Below are positions 31,102-42,300 of a stretch of DNA of 64,000 bases, piece by piece. The stretch comes from a virus (Duplodnaviria > Heunggongvirae > Uroviricota > Caudoviricetes). The translations under genes and the position numbers were made by a program. Every line of letters begins with the position of its first letter. Within the stretch, counting starts at the first letter, position 1. A model generated the notes under the pieces. It searched no databases. It saw only the letters and a list, made by a program, of their open reading frames with translations, and was not told the DNA's origin. Where the stretch lies: positions 1 through 64,000 of the IMG/VR virus record IMGVR_UViG_3300033074_000580; one strand, 5' to 3'.

Positions 31102-31980
31102 TTATAAGAACGGTGAATCAGGACCCCAAGTTGTATTGTAATTTGTCAATACGTTAATTCCTGTTGAATCTACCACCGGATTAGTAGGTGAACCTCCTAA
31201 CATTAACAATTTAGTTTGTGGTAATACCGTCAATGGTGAACTTGGTCTTGTAAAGTTTCCCGTATAAACCGCCGAATTTGTCCAACGGAAGTTAGTGATT
31301 TTACCTGGGAATCCGTCACCTGCGGTTTCACCATCAGCACCAATAAATAGGTCTTTCAATGCACCTGTAACATTTACTGAATCAGATTGTGCGGTTCCTA
31401 CTGAAGAACCATCTATATAACATTTTGTAGAACCACTAGTTCTTACTAATGCAACATGTATCCAAGTGTTTTGATATGTTTTACCAATCGCCCAGTTGTT
31501 TCCATTTGGCCAAGTATACACTTTATTACCTTCAATACTCACACCAAGTGTTGCTGCGGTGTCAGGACCAATTGAGAATACTCTTGGGTGACTTGATAAT
31601 GTAGTTTGGTATTGGAACCATTCGATTGTGTAATCACCTGTACCCGGCAACCATGTTGCAATTGTTCCTTTTGGTGCAGATACATAAGAACCTCCACTAG
31701 CGGGGTCTAAACCATTAAATAAAATAGTTCCAGAACTTTCAGCAGGAGCTCCCCAATTTATCAAGTAATTGGTAAACGTACCCATTACATCCGTTTTTTT
31801 GGTAACATTATAACCATATGTTGTTGATAAAACATAGGCCATGTTATCATCCATTATTTTTTCATCCGCAAAAATACTGTATTTTCCTTCCAATGTGGCA
31901 CCACTTACCATTGTACTAATGTAAGTTAAATTACCTCTTGTTGAATTTGTTGTAGATGTTGCTGCCGAACCTGATATCAT
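31102..31980 (-). CDS. Concanavalin A/LamG-domain virion protein
   Basis: GTGDYTIEWF, TWIHVALVR, YIDG, IGA..., FPGKITNFR, YTGNFT.P..PL. Confidence 0.8.
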   Translation of the reverse strand: MISGSAATSTTNSTRGNLTYISTMVSGATLEGKYSIFADEKIMDDNMAYVLSTTYGYNVTKKTDVMGTFTNYLINWGAPAESSGTILFNGLDPASGGSYVSAPKGTIATWLPGTGDYTIEWFQYQTTLSSHPRVFSIGPDTAATLGVSIEGNKVYTWPNGNNWAIGKTYQNTWIHVALVRTSGSTKCYIDGSSVGTAQSDSVNVTGALKDLFIGADGETAGDGFPGKITNFRWTNSAVYTGNFTRPSSPLTVLPQTKLLMLGGSPTNPVVDSTGINVLTNYNTTWGPDSPFL

Positions 31981-31998
31981 TTTGTATATAATTTTTTA

Positions 31999-32379
31999 TT
32001 ATTCCATCGTAAATAGATACGCGTATTTATTTAATAATCCTAAAATCTCATCTCTAAGATTTAATAAATTTGTGTCTGAGGAGTCTAACTGTTCAGTCAT
32101 TTGAACTAAAGCCTCTCTTGTGGTATTAACTAATCCTTTAATATCAATATCAGATAAATTTGCCAATTGTATAGTATTTGTTTCATCATCCAATACAAAT
32201 CTACCGTATTTACCCATTGCCTGCTCCACAAAATCGTCAATTAACTCGTCTAAATCAGAATAAAATCCACCAAATGCCTCATGTCTAGCAATACCCTTAG
32301 TTTGCCAATGACATATTCTCATTTGTTGTTGTAAACCCACTAAAAAATTTACATTAGAATTTAACTTCATCTTCTTCAT
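31999..32379 (-). CDS. Ferritin/Dps-like four-helix protein (DUF5856-like)
   Basis: HWQTKGIARHEAFGGFY..L..LID.FVE..G and LLNLRDEIL....K..YL. Confidence 0.75.
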   Translation of the reverse strand: MKKMKLNSNVNFLVGLQQQMRICHWQTKGIARHEAFGGFYSDLDELIDDFVEQAMGKYGRFVLDDETNTIQLANLSDIDIKGLVNTTREALVQMTEQLDSSDTNLLNLRDEILGLLNKYAYLFTME

Positions 32380-32998
32380 TTGGGTTAAAACTTGTTTTTA
32401 TTTGGTCGGGTGAATAATTATCAACCTCATCTTTTGTTAATACATATTCATTCTTACCACTAGCCCTCATTTCATCTTGTTTGTGTGCAAAGAATTCTTG
32501 TGGTTTTTGATTAAATGGATATGAATCTAAAGAACGCATTTCTAATTTTTCAACTTCTGTTTTTGGTTTGTTAGCCTCCACCGTAGCACCTAATTGGTCG
32601 ATTTTAGCCATAACCGCATCCATTTGTGATAATTTACTTTCTAAATCACTTAGTTTACTGAACACATCATCCATTTTAGTTACAATTTCAGTATGTGTAC
32701 CATTACTATCTTCTTGGTCTTTTTTAACACTTTTAACCATGTTAACCAAATCCGTAATATCCACTTCTTCAGTTGAATCCATTTCAGGAGCCGGTGCTTC
32801 AGGTGATGCAGTTTCTGGTGCAACCTCCGCGTCAGCCGCAGGCTCAGTTTCCAATCCCGCAGCAGGGTCAGCCGCTGGGTCTGCACCTAAATCAGGTAAA
32901 TCTGTTTCCGGTGCCTCTTGTTCTACTATCATTTTTGAGCCATATTTGTTTATTGCTCTAAAACGATTAACTTCTTCTAATAATTTTTTTTCTAACAT
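32354..32998 (-). CDS. Hypothetical acidic/coiled-coil protein, possible head-internal or scaffold-like
   Basis: N-terminal LLEEVNRFRAINKY, A/P/E/D-rich linker, coiled coil. Confidence 0.6.
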   Translation of the reverse strand: MLEKKLLEEVNRFRAINKYGSKMIVEQEAPETDLPDLGADPAADPAAGLETEPAADAEVAPETASPEAPAPEMDSTEEVDITDLVNMVKSVKKDQEDSNGTHTEIVTKMDDVFSKLSDLESKLSQMDAVMAKIDQLGATVEANKPKTEVEKLEMRSLDSYPFNQKPQEFFAHKQDEMRASGKNEYVLTKDEVDNYSPDQIKTSFNPNEEDEVKF

Positions 32999-33002
32999 AG
33001 TA

Positions 33003-33203
33003 TTAGTCTTGTAATAATTGTCTACCGTCGTTGGTAATATATTTTTTATTTATTCTTTCAACAATTCCGTCTTTTTCTCTGATTGTATAACATTCACCTG
33101 TCATTAAATCACATTCTTCTCTTTCCATTCCGTCATTAGAAACATTTCTAATTTGTTTTGGACTTAAGAATTGGTCTACAGCCTTTAATGTATTATTTTC
33201 CAT
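33003..33203 (-). CDS. Small hypothetical protein
   Basis: 66 aa, TATTTATA upstream, CDLMTGEC segment. Confidence 0.6.
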   Translation of the reverse strand: MENNTLKAVDQFLSPKQIRNVSNDGMEREECDLMTGECYTIREKDGIVERINKKYITNDGRQLLQD

Positions 33204-33248
33204 AATTTTTAAGTTATATGTATAAATATCCCAAATATCTTAATATTC

Positions 33249-36200
33249 TTACTCAATATTAAAATAAACAACGTCTCCGTCTTGAATATTCAAATCCTTC
33301 ATTAGTTGTTTTGACAATCCAATACCGTATCCAACAATATTAGGACCATTATTAACCGAACCAACAATATCGTTTACCAATATTTGATTAGATGTATTTG
33401 GTATCGGGTTAACCGTTATTTCTTTACCAATGTCACTTGGTTTGTAAAATTTAGCCGTCTTACCTATTATAATATCTGGTTTTGCAACACTATAGTCAAA
33501 TTTAATAGAATAGAATCTTTTTTTAGAGTCTTTTATATTTGACCACTTTAACAATACCTTATCATCTGAATTACCTAATGTGGTGTTATATACTGTGAAT
33601 GTTGTTTGTCTTGCAATAACACTCATTGATGTATCGTCACTTATTGGATAATTTGGTCCACCCATTGTAACCGCAAGTGCTCTTAGATATGTTTTATTGT
33701 TGTATGTTACTTTTTGTACATACTTTTCACCATTCCATCCATTATATGGTACACCCGCACTTGTACATCCCATTTGTTTCACTAATTCTTCACCTTTTAC
33801 TGTTTTACCTCCATTATCAATTACAACAGAATTACCATCCGTTGTAGTAATTGTGTTTTGGAATTTAGTTGAACCAGTTAGTGTTGTATTTTCTTGTTCT
33901 TTTACCTTTGCAACCGCACTTCTTGTTACTTTATCAAACAATACTCTATAACTTGATAAGAATGAATCTGCCGGGTCTGGTAACGAAGCGTAAGGTATTC
34001 TTGTACCTTTAAAGGATGTTATAATATTATTATTTCTAATATTGTGTGTAACCTCTGTAATCCAATACGAACCTCTAAATAATGGCACATTTTTTAGATA
34101 AAAATACATTGTTGGTTGAACCATTACATTACCCATCATTGTCACATCACAAGTATAAGATGCTTGTCTATATATGTCAAATAAACCTATATCAATTTGA
34201 TGTGCACCCGCACCACTTTCTGAACGACCTAAATTTTCAATTACGTTGAATGATTCTGTTGTGTTTCTAATTGACGTTTGGTCTAATTGTACACTTTTAA
34301 AAATTCCTTGGTTTTGGTCACCAATGCTAACTTCAAAAGCCACAACTTTATTTGATTTTGATAAATCTCCGTTTTGGAATACTTGTGGCGCGGTTATTAC
34401 TAATGGACTACCCACACCGTTAAATAAATTACCACTATCGTTTTTAAAATTATATTTTTTGTTAATATCTTCTAATTCTAAATGTTTAGATGTTGGACCA
34501 ACATATTGAATTACAATTTTAGGTGACGATTCTTGGTAATCCACATCTAAGAATGTACCAAACATATTGTTTGCAATTTTTTTAGATGGAACAATTTTAG
34601 ATTTTGTTGTGTGATTTGTTCCATAAAAATTAACATATGACGGTAATGCTCTCATGTCAAATCCCGTTCCTTGGATTAACATTGATATAACACTATATAA
34701 GTTTGCATTATCATTTTTAGAATCTTCTAATGGTAATAATTTTTCCAAACTCAAATATGCTTGGTCTCCAATATCTTTATTTGCTTTATCTAAAAATAAA
34801 AATTCTTCTAATAATGTTCTTTGTCCTAACGAATTACCCGCAACCCACTTGTCGTTAAATGATTTAAAGAAATTATATAGTTCAAGTTTTAATGGAGTAT
34901 CATTATACCCATTAAAAATTGTAGCCTCGTTCTTATTGTTCTTTATTTCAAGTGTGGATAATTTTGGTATTAACCCGTTTAAAAATGCATCCATTCTATT
35001 GGTTGCAGGTGTTAATACTTTTAACTTTAGATAGTTTTGGAATTCTTCTTTTGTTGAAAACAATCCTTTACTATATCCACCCGCAAAAATATGAATAAGT
35101 GGTCTAAATCTTAAAATATTCTCCTCACTTAATTCTACATTATTAACTGTAAAGAAGTTCTTATAACAATTAGTTGTAGGTTCTTCACCTATATATAATT
35201 TAATGAAATTTTGATTTTCATTAGTATATTGTGATGAATCATATTCATTATAACTAAATGTGTTTACGTTATCAATACCCCCAAAACCATACCATGTGTT
35301 TGGAATGATTTCTTTAGGATTACCGATTGTAATTTTTAATAAGTTAGTTTCACTTAATATCTCCTTTGTTACGTTTTGTAATTTTTCTAATTGTTTTGTT
35401 TTTAATGTTTGTACGATTGCGTTTTTATCGGTATTGTCATTATTTGCATCAATATCGATAGTCACTAAAGCCTTCAATAAATCTTGGAAGTTAGAATATT
35501 TTACACTATATTTTTTTGTAACTTTGGTTTCATTATTTACAATTGAAGTTTCCTCAAAATCAGGGAACTTCTTGTATGGAATTTCCTCAACAATTTTCTC
35601 AGAAGCAAAATCTAAGAAGCAATCTTCAAATGAATCCAATATTTGTGGACTGAATGTTGCAATTAAATCTATGATTTTACGATTACTTCCATTCTTTTTT
35701 AATGAATACTTGTTATCGTCACTTTTATCTAAACCAGTGAAAAATCCACCATCAAAATCAACCATTTCGTAGAAGTTAACTCCTTCATCATATGACCTGT
35801 TATATTGGTCATATCCAAAAAATGTCTTTCCGCTAAATGTGGTGTTTACAAGTTCATCATCGTAACACCAAATGATTCTCATATTTTTTTGTTCGTCACC
35901 ATTGTAATCAATTTCCGAACTAATATATTCATTTTTTAATCCACCAACAGAAGGTAATAATGTAAACCACTTATCGTTAGATGAAGTTTTTGAGTTATTA
36001 ACAAATGTTGTGAAATAATTACCACTATTACCAACAATATCTTCAACGGTGTTAATAACACCATTTGTCACTTGTTGTGTGTATCCTGTGGTTGTACCTG
36101 AATAGTAATCAAAATGGGTATAACCATTTACAATTTGATGGTATACTGAATCATAGAATGGGTGTACACCAACAACATTTGTTGTTGAGTATTTTATACT

Positions 36201-39068
36201 TTTTCCATTTATGGTGTATGTTTGGTCATTACCATTATCAAAGAACGTTCCCCCATTAAACGAATCTGTAATTGTTGTTGTGGTACCAGTAAAAATTGGT
36301 CTTAAAATATCAACACCCTCTGTTAGATATTTCTTATATCTGTGATATAATGAACCCCATTTAAGAATTAAATGGTATGGAACATAATGTGTTGCAGCAA
36401 CTTCTTTAAACATACTAGATAATCTAGTTGTTCCATTAACAAAATCAAATTTATCTTCTAAATCGATAAACGGTAACGAATTTAAAAGAAGATATGCTGA
36501 ACCAACGTATTTTCCATATGAACTTTTGTTAAAATCACTACTAAGTTGTTTATGGAAATATGGTGTGTTTAAAATGTTCGTAGAACTCTTCTTATTTAAT
36601 TGTATTTTCTCACCAAATATGTTTGAACTTTTACCTGACTTAACCCAGTTTATTGGTAACTTAGGTCCCACAATAAAACCTTCAGTTGTTCTAACATTAA
36701 ATAAATTTTTTAAATTTAAATCATCGGTATTGAATTCATCTTTACCCAAATAGTTCAAATATAAACTTGAGTTGAATGGATATATGTTATATCTATAACT
36801 TTGGTTAATATCGTACTCTAGGTTTTTTAAATTATTATTTATATGATTAAAACTACTGTCGTTATCTTTATTTGTTGTATAACCATAGTTTGTACCTATT
36901 TTGAATGAATTATCTTCAATAGATTTAATATAGGTTACTGTCGGTATTTTATCTTGGTAATAAGGATAACGTTCAAATGGTGAAAAAGATAGTAAGTAAT
37001 TTTGTAGTTTTTCAATACTATCGATAGTCTTTAAAACTGCAATTATGTCACTATCTTCTGCAAACATTTTTTCAATGTTATTAAATTCAGATTTCCATAA
37101 GTCATCAATACCTGTTTTTGTAAATTCATCATTTAAAACGGTATATCTTGCTCTTTCCCAAATTTCATATAATATAGAAGCAATTGATTTATTAACATAA
37201 GGTACATTGGATTGTAAACTAAACAATGTTGATGTGTTAACAAAATCTATGTTTGGTGAATCGTTCTCAAAAACAAATTCAACCTTACTTGCACTTCCTT
37301 CATTATTCGTTAATGAATCGTGTCTTTTAGTACCAACAGCTTGATAGTTTTCTAAAAATTCAATTTCAGGCCAAAGAGCTCTATTATATGTTTGTAATTT
37401 TTTCTGTAAGTCGGGGTCACCAGGATATGCAACAACTTTTTGTTTGTTGGATGTCTGTTTTTTAACCTCAGGCCAAGGGTATATCGAATCGTTTCTTTTT
37501 GATTCATCACTAAATCCCGATAATATTTCTCTTCTTGTTGAACCAACTTCAAAAGCCTTATAATGTACTTCTTTCATCAAACGAATGTACACTTCCGCGT
37601 TTGCAAGAATAACCGCAAATATATTACGAATTGTCGGTTCAAATCCAATTCCCTTATCTTTATCTTTAACAATTTCGTTCATTCTTTTTTCAACCAAATC
37701 TTGCAATTTGTTTCTTTGTTCAACGAACGATTTTTGTATATCGAAAATATCCTTTAATAGACTTTGAATTGCAACAAGATATCCATTTGAGCCGGGTCCT
37801 TTAACATAAAAGTCAATTCCTTTTATTGTGTTTGTAAAACTAAAAGTTTGTTTTTTAAAATCGTTAGATGCTTTTTGAATAAATCCTTCAGCAAAAACTT
37901 TAGTTTCTAATAATTTTTTAGGGAAGTCTGTAATGATTTGTTCTAATGTACCTCCATTTTTACTTCCTTTTATTTTTAAATCACTATTTTTATTTTGACC
38001 CGCCATTCTGTTGTAGTCAACTCCGTCAACGTTAACAATTTCTGAACTCAAATTTACTTTAGCCCAATTTTTTACTGCGTTTTCAAAATCTTGAATTTTC
38101 TTTTCATAGTCTTGGATTCCTGCAAATAGTTTCATATCTACAAGTCCACCAAATATTTCTTTTTCTAAAATTTTATCTAAACTTCTTGCAATAACAATTA
38201 ACTCTCTAAGTGTTTTTGTTGGAAAGTCGTTTGCGATTAACCCTTTTTGTTTGTATTCATCATAAACTGACTTCAACATAACATATCCCTTAGATGACTT
38301 TTTAATTTTCTTTTGCTGTACTCCCTTTGTTTCGATGTACTTTGCAGGTTCATCAGATTCAATCATGTACATATAAGGTGCATTTAAAATACCATTCAAT
38401 GGGATATCATTTAAATATGCATATGTTGAACCTACAAATGATGTGGCAATTTCAAAGTTACCGTTTGACTCGTTATATTTTGAACTGAACTTAGTTAGAT
38501 GTAATCTATATCTAATTGCTTTACCATAATAACCTTTTATTGTTAAATAAAATATGGGCCAAGGTAAATGAAAAAACGCACCGTATGGTGAATTTTGTGG
38601 AGATTCAAATAATGTCTTTCCTCTAACATCAACAAAGTTAATATTGATTTGTGGTATAAAACTGGCACCTTTTATATTGATATTGATACTGTCTATTCCG
38701 AAAGATTGTGCGGTTTCGTCGTTTTGTGTTGGTAGTACTCCAAATATGGTGTCTTTACCTGTATATGAATCAGTCCATGAAGTGTCAAAATCTTTGCCAT
38801 TTTGACCTTTATTGCTTAAAAAATTTAAAGTTCCCTTCGCTATTGATGTAAGGTTACCGGTTGTTGATTGTCCTCCGTCAGCAATTAAAGTACTTCTTGG
38901 TACTAAATCCGCCTCAAGATTAACAAACATTACTAAGTTTTCTTGTTTTACACCCCTCTCTTCAACTTTATCTCCATTTTGCACACTATTAGGGTCGATG
39001 AAAATTAAATTATTTACATCAACTTTAACTAGTATGTCTTCATTCTCATTTATTTTATTGTTCCCCAT
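33249..39068 (-). CDS. Very large baseplate hub protein (gp27/VgrG/late-control-D-like with large insertions)
   Basis: N-terminal FGIDSINI...FVDVRG and late YTCDVTMMGN..VQP.....L....F.GSYWITEVTH hub signature; follows LysM/gp53-like gene. Confidence 0.6.
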   Translation of the reverse strand: MGNNKINENEDILVKVDVNNLIFIDPNSVQNGDKVEERGVKQENLVMFVNLEADLVPRSTLIADGGQSTTGNLTSIAKGTLNFLSNKGQNGKDFDTSWTDSYTGKDTIFGVLPTQNDETAQSFGIDSININIKGASFIPQININFVDVRGKTLFESPQNSPYGAFFHLPWPIFYLTIKGYYGKAIRYRLHLTKFSSKYNESNGNFEIATSFVGSTYAYLNDIPLNGILNAPYMYMIESDEPAKYIETKGVQQKKIKKSSKGYVMLKSVYDEYKQKGLIANDFPTKTLRELIVIARSLDKILEKEIFGGLVDMKLFAGIQDYEKKIQDFENAVKNWAKVNLSSEIVNVDGVDYNRMAGQNKNSDLKIKGSKNGGTLEQIITDFPKKLLETKVFAEGFIQKASNDFKKQTFSFTNTIKGIDFYVKGPGSNGYLVAIQSLLKDIFDIQKSFVEQRNKLQDLVEKRMNEIVKDKDKGIGFEPTIRNIFAVILANAEVYIRLMKEVHYKAFEVGSTRREILSGFSDESKRNDSIYPWPEVKKQTSNKQKVVAYPGDPDLQKKLQTYNRALWPEIEFLENYQAVGTKRHDSLTNNEGSASKVEFVFENDSPNIDFVNTSTLFSLQSNVPYVNKSIASILYEIWERARYTVLNDEFTKTGIDDLWKSEFNNIEKMFAEDSDIIAVLKTIDSIEKLQNYLLSFSPFERYPYYQDKIPTVTYIKSIEDNSFKIGTNYGYTTNKDNDSSFNHINNNLKNLEYDINQSYRYNIYPFNSSLYLNYLGKDEFNTDDLNLKNLFNVRTTEGFIVGPKLPINWVKSGKSSNIFGEKIQLNKKSSTNILNTPYFHKQLSSDFNKSSYGKYVGSAYLLLNSLPFIDLEDKFDFVNGTTRLSSMFKEVAATHYVPYHLILKWGSLYHRYKKYLTEGVDILRPIFTGTTTTITDSFNGGTFFDNGNDQTYTINGKSIKYSTTNVVGVHPFYDSVYHQIVNGYTHFDYYSGTTTGYTQQVTNGVINTVEDIVGNSGNYFTTFVNNSKTSSNDKWFTLLPSVGGLKNEYISSEIDYNGDEQKNMRIIWCYDDELVNTTFSGKTFFGYDQYNRSYDEGVNFYEMVDFDGGFFTGLDKSDDNKYSLKKNGSNRKIIDLIATFSPQILDSFEDCFLDFASEKIVEEIPYKKFPDFEETSIVNNETKVTKKYSVKYSNFQDLLKALVTIDIDANNDNTDKNAIVQTLKTKQLEKLQNVTKEILSETNLLKITIGNPKEIIPNTWYGFGGIDNVNTFSYNEYDSSQYTNENQNFIKLYIGEEPTTNCYKNFFTVNNVELSEENILRFRPLIHIFAGGYSKGLFSTKEEFQNYLKLKVLTPATNRMDAFLNGLIPKLSTLEIKNNKNEATIFNGYNDTPLKLELYNFFKSFNDKWVAGNSLGQRTLLEEFLFLDKANKDIGDQAYLSLEKLLPLEDSKNDNANLYSVISMLIQGTGFDMRALPSYVNFYGTNHTTKSKIVPSKKIANNMFGTFLDVDYQESSPKIVIQYVGPTSKHLELEDINKKYNFKNDSGNLFNGVGSPLVITAPQVFQNGDLSKSNKVVAFEVSIGDQNQGIFKSVQLDQTSIRNTTESFNVIENLGRSESGAGAHQIDIGLFDIYRQASYTCDVTMMGNVMVQPTMYFYLKNVPLFRGSYWITEVTHNIRNNNIITSFKGTRIPYASLPDPADSFLSSYRVLFDKVTRSAVAKVKEQENTTLTGSTKFQNTITTTDGNSVVIDNGGKTVKGEELVKQMGCTSAGVPYNGWNGEKYVQKVTYNNKTYLRALAVTMGGPNYPISDDTSMSVIARQTTFTVYNTTLGNSDDKVLLKWSNIKDSKKRFYSIKFDYSVAKPDIIIGKTAKFYKPSDIGKEITVNPIPNTSNQILVNDIVGSVNNGPNIVGYGIGLSKQLMKDLNIQDGDVVYFNIE

Positions 39069-39381
39069 AATATAACTTATACAATTCTACACCACTTTTG
39101 TAATCTTGTAAAGAGGCAATCAATGGAAAGGGGATTCTAAGATAGAAATTGTTTGGAATTTCAAATTCAATTCCTCCCGCCAATGGATTTGCCAACATGA
39201 TTAACCAACCATATAATGGTGAGTTGTAATATTCTTGAGATAATTTATCTAATCTATCTTTACCTTTTTTATATTGTAGATACTTGTCAGATGTTTTAAT
39301 AGGTATTTCAATACCGGGTACAATTTTAAATTCCCCATCAATTAAAAAATCTTGGTATCTATCGTAATATTCTCTACTCAT
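39055..39381 (-). CDS. LysM/Tail-X (gp53-like) baseplate protein
   Basis: DRLDKLSQEYYNSPLYGWLIMLANP...LRIP. Confidence 0.8.
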   Translation of the reverse strand: MSREYYDRYQDFLIDGEFKIVPGIEIPIKTSDKYLQYKKGKDRLDKLSQEYYNSPLYGWLIMLANPLAGGIEFEIPNNFYLRIPFPLIASLQDYKSGVELYKLYYGEQ

Positions 39382-42300
39382 GGTTTATAATAATTTAAAG
39401 TTGTACCTATTATATCTACTCTACCATTATTAAAAATATTTGATAGACTTGTTTTAACGTCATCGTCTGTTATATAATCAGTGGTACCTATTTTATAAGT
39501 TATCTCGTTACTATTTTTTCTTTTAGGGAATTTACCTAATCTGAAAGTTTTTGGTTTAACTGTTGTTATAAAATCATCATACTTGAAACAAAGTTTATCT
39601 GCAGTCCTAAAATCATATTTCTCTTTTAGTAACTTAAATAAATTTTCTCTTTGTCCTTGTAATAATACTTTTAAAAATTCAGTTAATAAAGTATCATCGA
39701 TTGAATCTAATAAAAAGTCAAATGTTCCATCCAAATCAGATGTAAAATCTGAATGTTGTGCTTTAATATATGAAATTACAGAAGAATATTCAGAATAGAA
39801 ATTTGAACTAGTAAATCCTGATAATTGTGATTTACTAAATGTTGTACCATCTATTTTACCGTCTCCTTGATTTCTAACTAAGAAATTAACTTTATCTAAT
39901 GTACTAATTACATTATTTCTTGATGATTCTAATTGTTTAACACTACCTATAGTTACAAATTTATCGATAACATCTGAAACTATTTTTACAATAACTTCTC
40001 TTATCTTAACATTTTCCTCACTAAACATATTAGGTTCAAATATTTCTTCGAAACCTAATATTTTTACCATATCATAGTTGTTGATTGAATACTTTAATGT
40101 TGCTTTGAAATTGTCAGCATGCCATCCTAAATTTCTTACTAATGGATATTCGCCTAATAATTCAATGTTATCAGTACTTGTATCTCCACTAATTGTGTTA
40201 ATTGTCATTCCACTAAAAGTTCTATACGTTGGTGAGAAAAACATATATCCAATTTTTTTACCATACTTAGGTATGATTTCATTATATGCGGATTGATATG
40301 TGTTAAAATATTCACCGACAGAACTATAAACCATATTAACTAAATTGGTGTACTTAATTGAATCTCCCGATAAATCACCAATGTATTTTCCCTGTGTTAC
40401 TTTTGGTTTATCTTTATTGTCACCAACTAATTTATATTCTGGTTTCTTTTGTAAGTCCGCTAAAAATTCTTTAGTAAACTTTTCTTTTTCTTGTCCATTT
40501 ATAAGTGTTGCAGTGGAAATTGAACGTTCATCGTACATTTCAGTATTTGCATAGAAATTTGAAGATAACGCATTTTGTAATCTTTCTACCGGTTTTTCAA
40601 TTCCTTGTCCACCAATAAAACTAATTTGTAATGTTACATTAGCTAACATTGGTTGTACTCCAATTCCTTCAGGGTTTAAATCCCAAATATTTTCTTCAAA
40701 TGTGATATTAACATCTCTAATAATAATTTTAGAGTGATAGAAATCACCAATTCTTAAAACACAAACAGGTGGAGGACCAAATGAAGTATTTCTTGCATTT
40801 AAGTCATTTATATCCGCAATTCCCTTTATAGGAATAGTATTACCCGGTCTCACACATTGGTGTAAAAACGTTAAACGTGAATTTAATCCTTCAGGTGTTG
40901 TTGAATGGAAACCTGGATGGAAATATTTTAATTTTTCCTTTAACGATGAAAACGCAAGTGGTGAATCTTCTTCTAACTTTTTAAAGTAATGACATTCTGA
41001 AAGAGTTTTCATAATGATTCTCTTCATAATATCAATTGAAGGTTTTGGTGAAACTTTAGGAATAGGGTCACCATCGGGTACACTTGTTAATTTTGGTATT
41101 TTGATTTTTTGTGGTTCGTCTTGTTTAGGTACATTTATTGCACTAAATTTAACACCGACTTGTCTACAATAAAATGGATTAGGTGCGTGTATCTTTAATC
41201 CATTAGTATCGTAAATAACTGTTTTACAATCTAAATTACTATCATTTGGGTCTGGACTTTTTATAACAGCAGATTCTCCCTCACTTGTAAATTTAAATTT
41301 AATTTTACCTAAGTTATTTTCATAACCCAAATCTGAACATTTAACTGTTAAGTTAAAACTAAAACCATCATCTTTTTTACTCGATACGTTTTCAGTTTTA
41401 GGCCATTTTATGTCAGGTATTTTACCATTTTCAATTTTATTTAACACATTCGTTACTATTGAATGTGCTCTTCTCATGCCTAAATAAAAATTATAAGTAT
41501 CATTAGCCACTTCAGATGTGGTGGCAACAATCACAAATTCCGCAGTATCTATTTGATTTTTACTAATAGCTTCCTTTAATGAAGTTAATGAAGCATCAAA
41601 TGCATTATAATTAACATTTAATGCGTTAAATCCATTACTTATTCTTTCTAATTGTTTATTAAGAGTTGTACCCGTATCAGTAATCTGTGATTTTTCAACA
41701 CCAAATATTGTTTTAATATCTTTTAATTGATTTGCTGATGGTGTACTATCGGTTAATAAATTGGTTAATTCAGTTGTTGCATCACTATAATATGTTCCTG
41801 AATTAGCATTATATTCCGCAAATATATCACTAAAGGATTGTGTTGCTTTTGTATCGTTAGTAACATTACCTTGTGGATAATCATTTGGGAAATATAATGA
41901 CATAGAATACGGTTCGATTGTTGGTTTTGGATTTTCTCCTGTATTTGGTTTAACCTCTTCTACCGTTTCTAAATTGTATTTGTATTTTTGAATTGTTTCA
42001 GGTGATTTACCTTCATTCAAATATTCTTTAATTCTTCTGATGTCGTCAGTATCTAACATTGTATATGTTTTCACTAACGTATAAAAATCTTCATCTTTAC
42101 ATCCAGCAAAAAATGCATTGATGTAGTTATCGGCATCTTCATCTGACATTCCGTTGAAATGTTCTCTAACAAGTAAATTCAAAATACTTGGGTGGTCAAC
42201 TACAACTTTAAATGATACTTGACCAGTTCTTTCTGTATTTTGATATGTGTATATTGGTTCTGGTCTACCTAAAAACGCATTTGATTCCCATCTAGCACTA

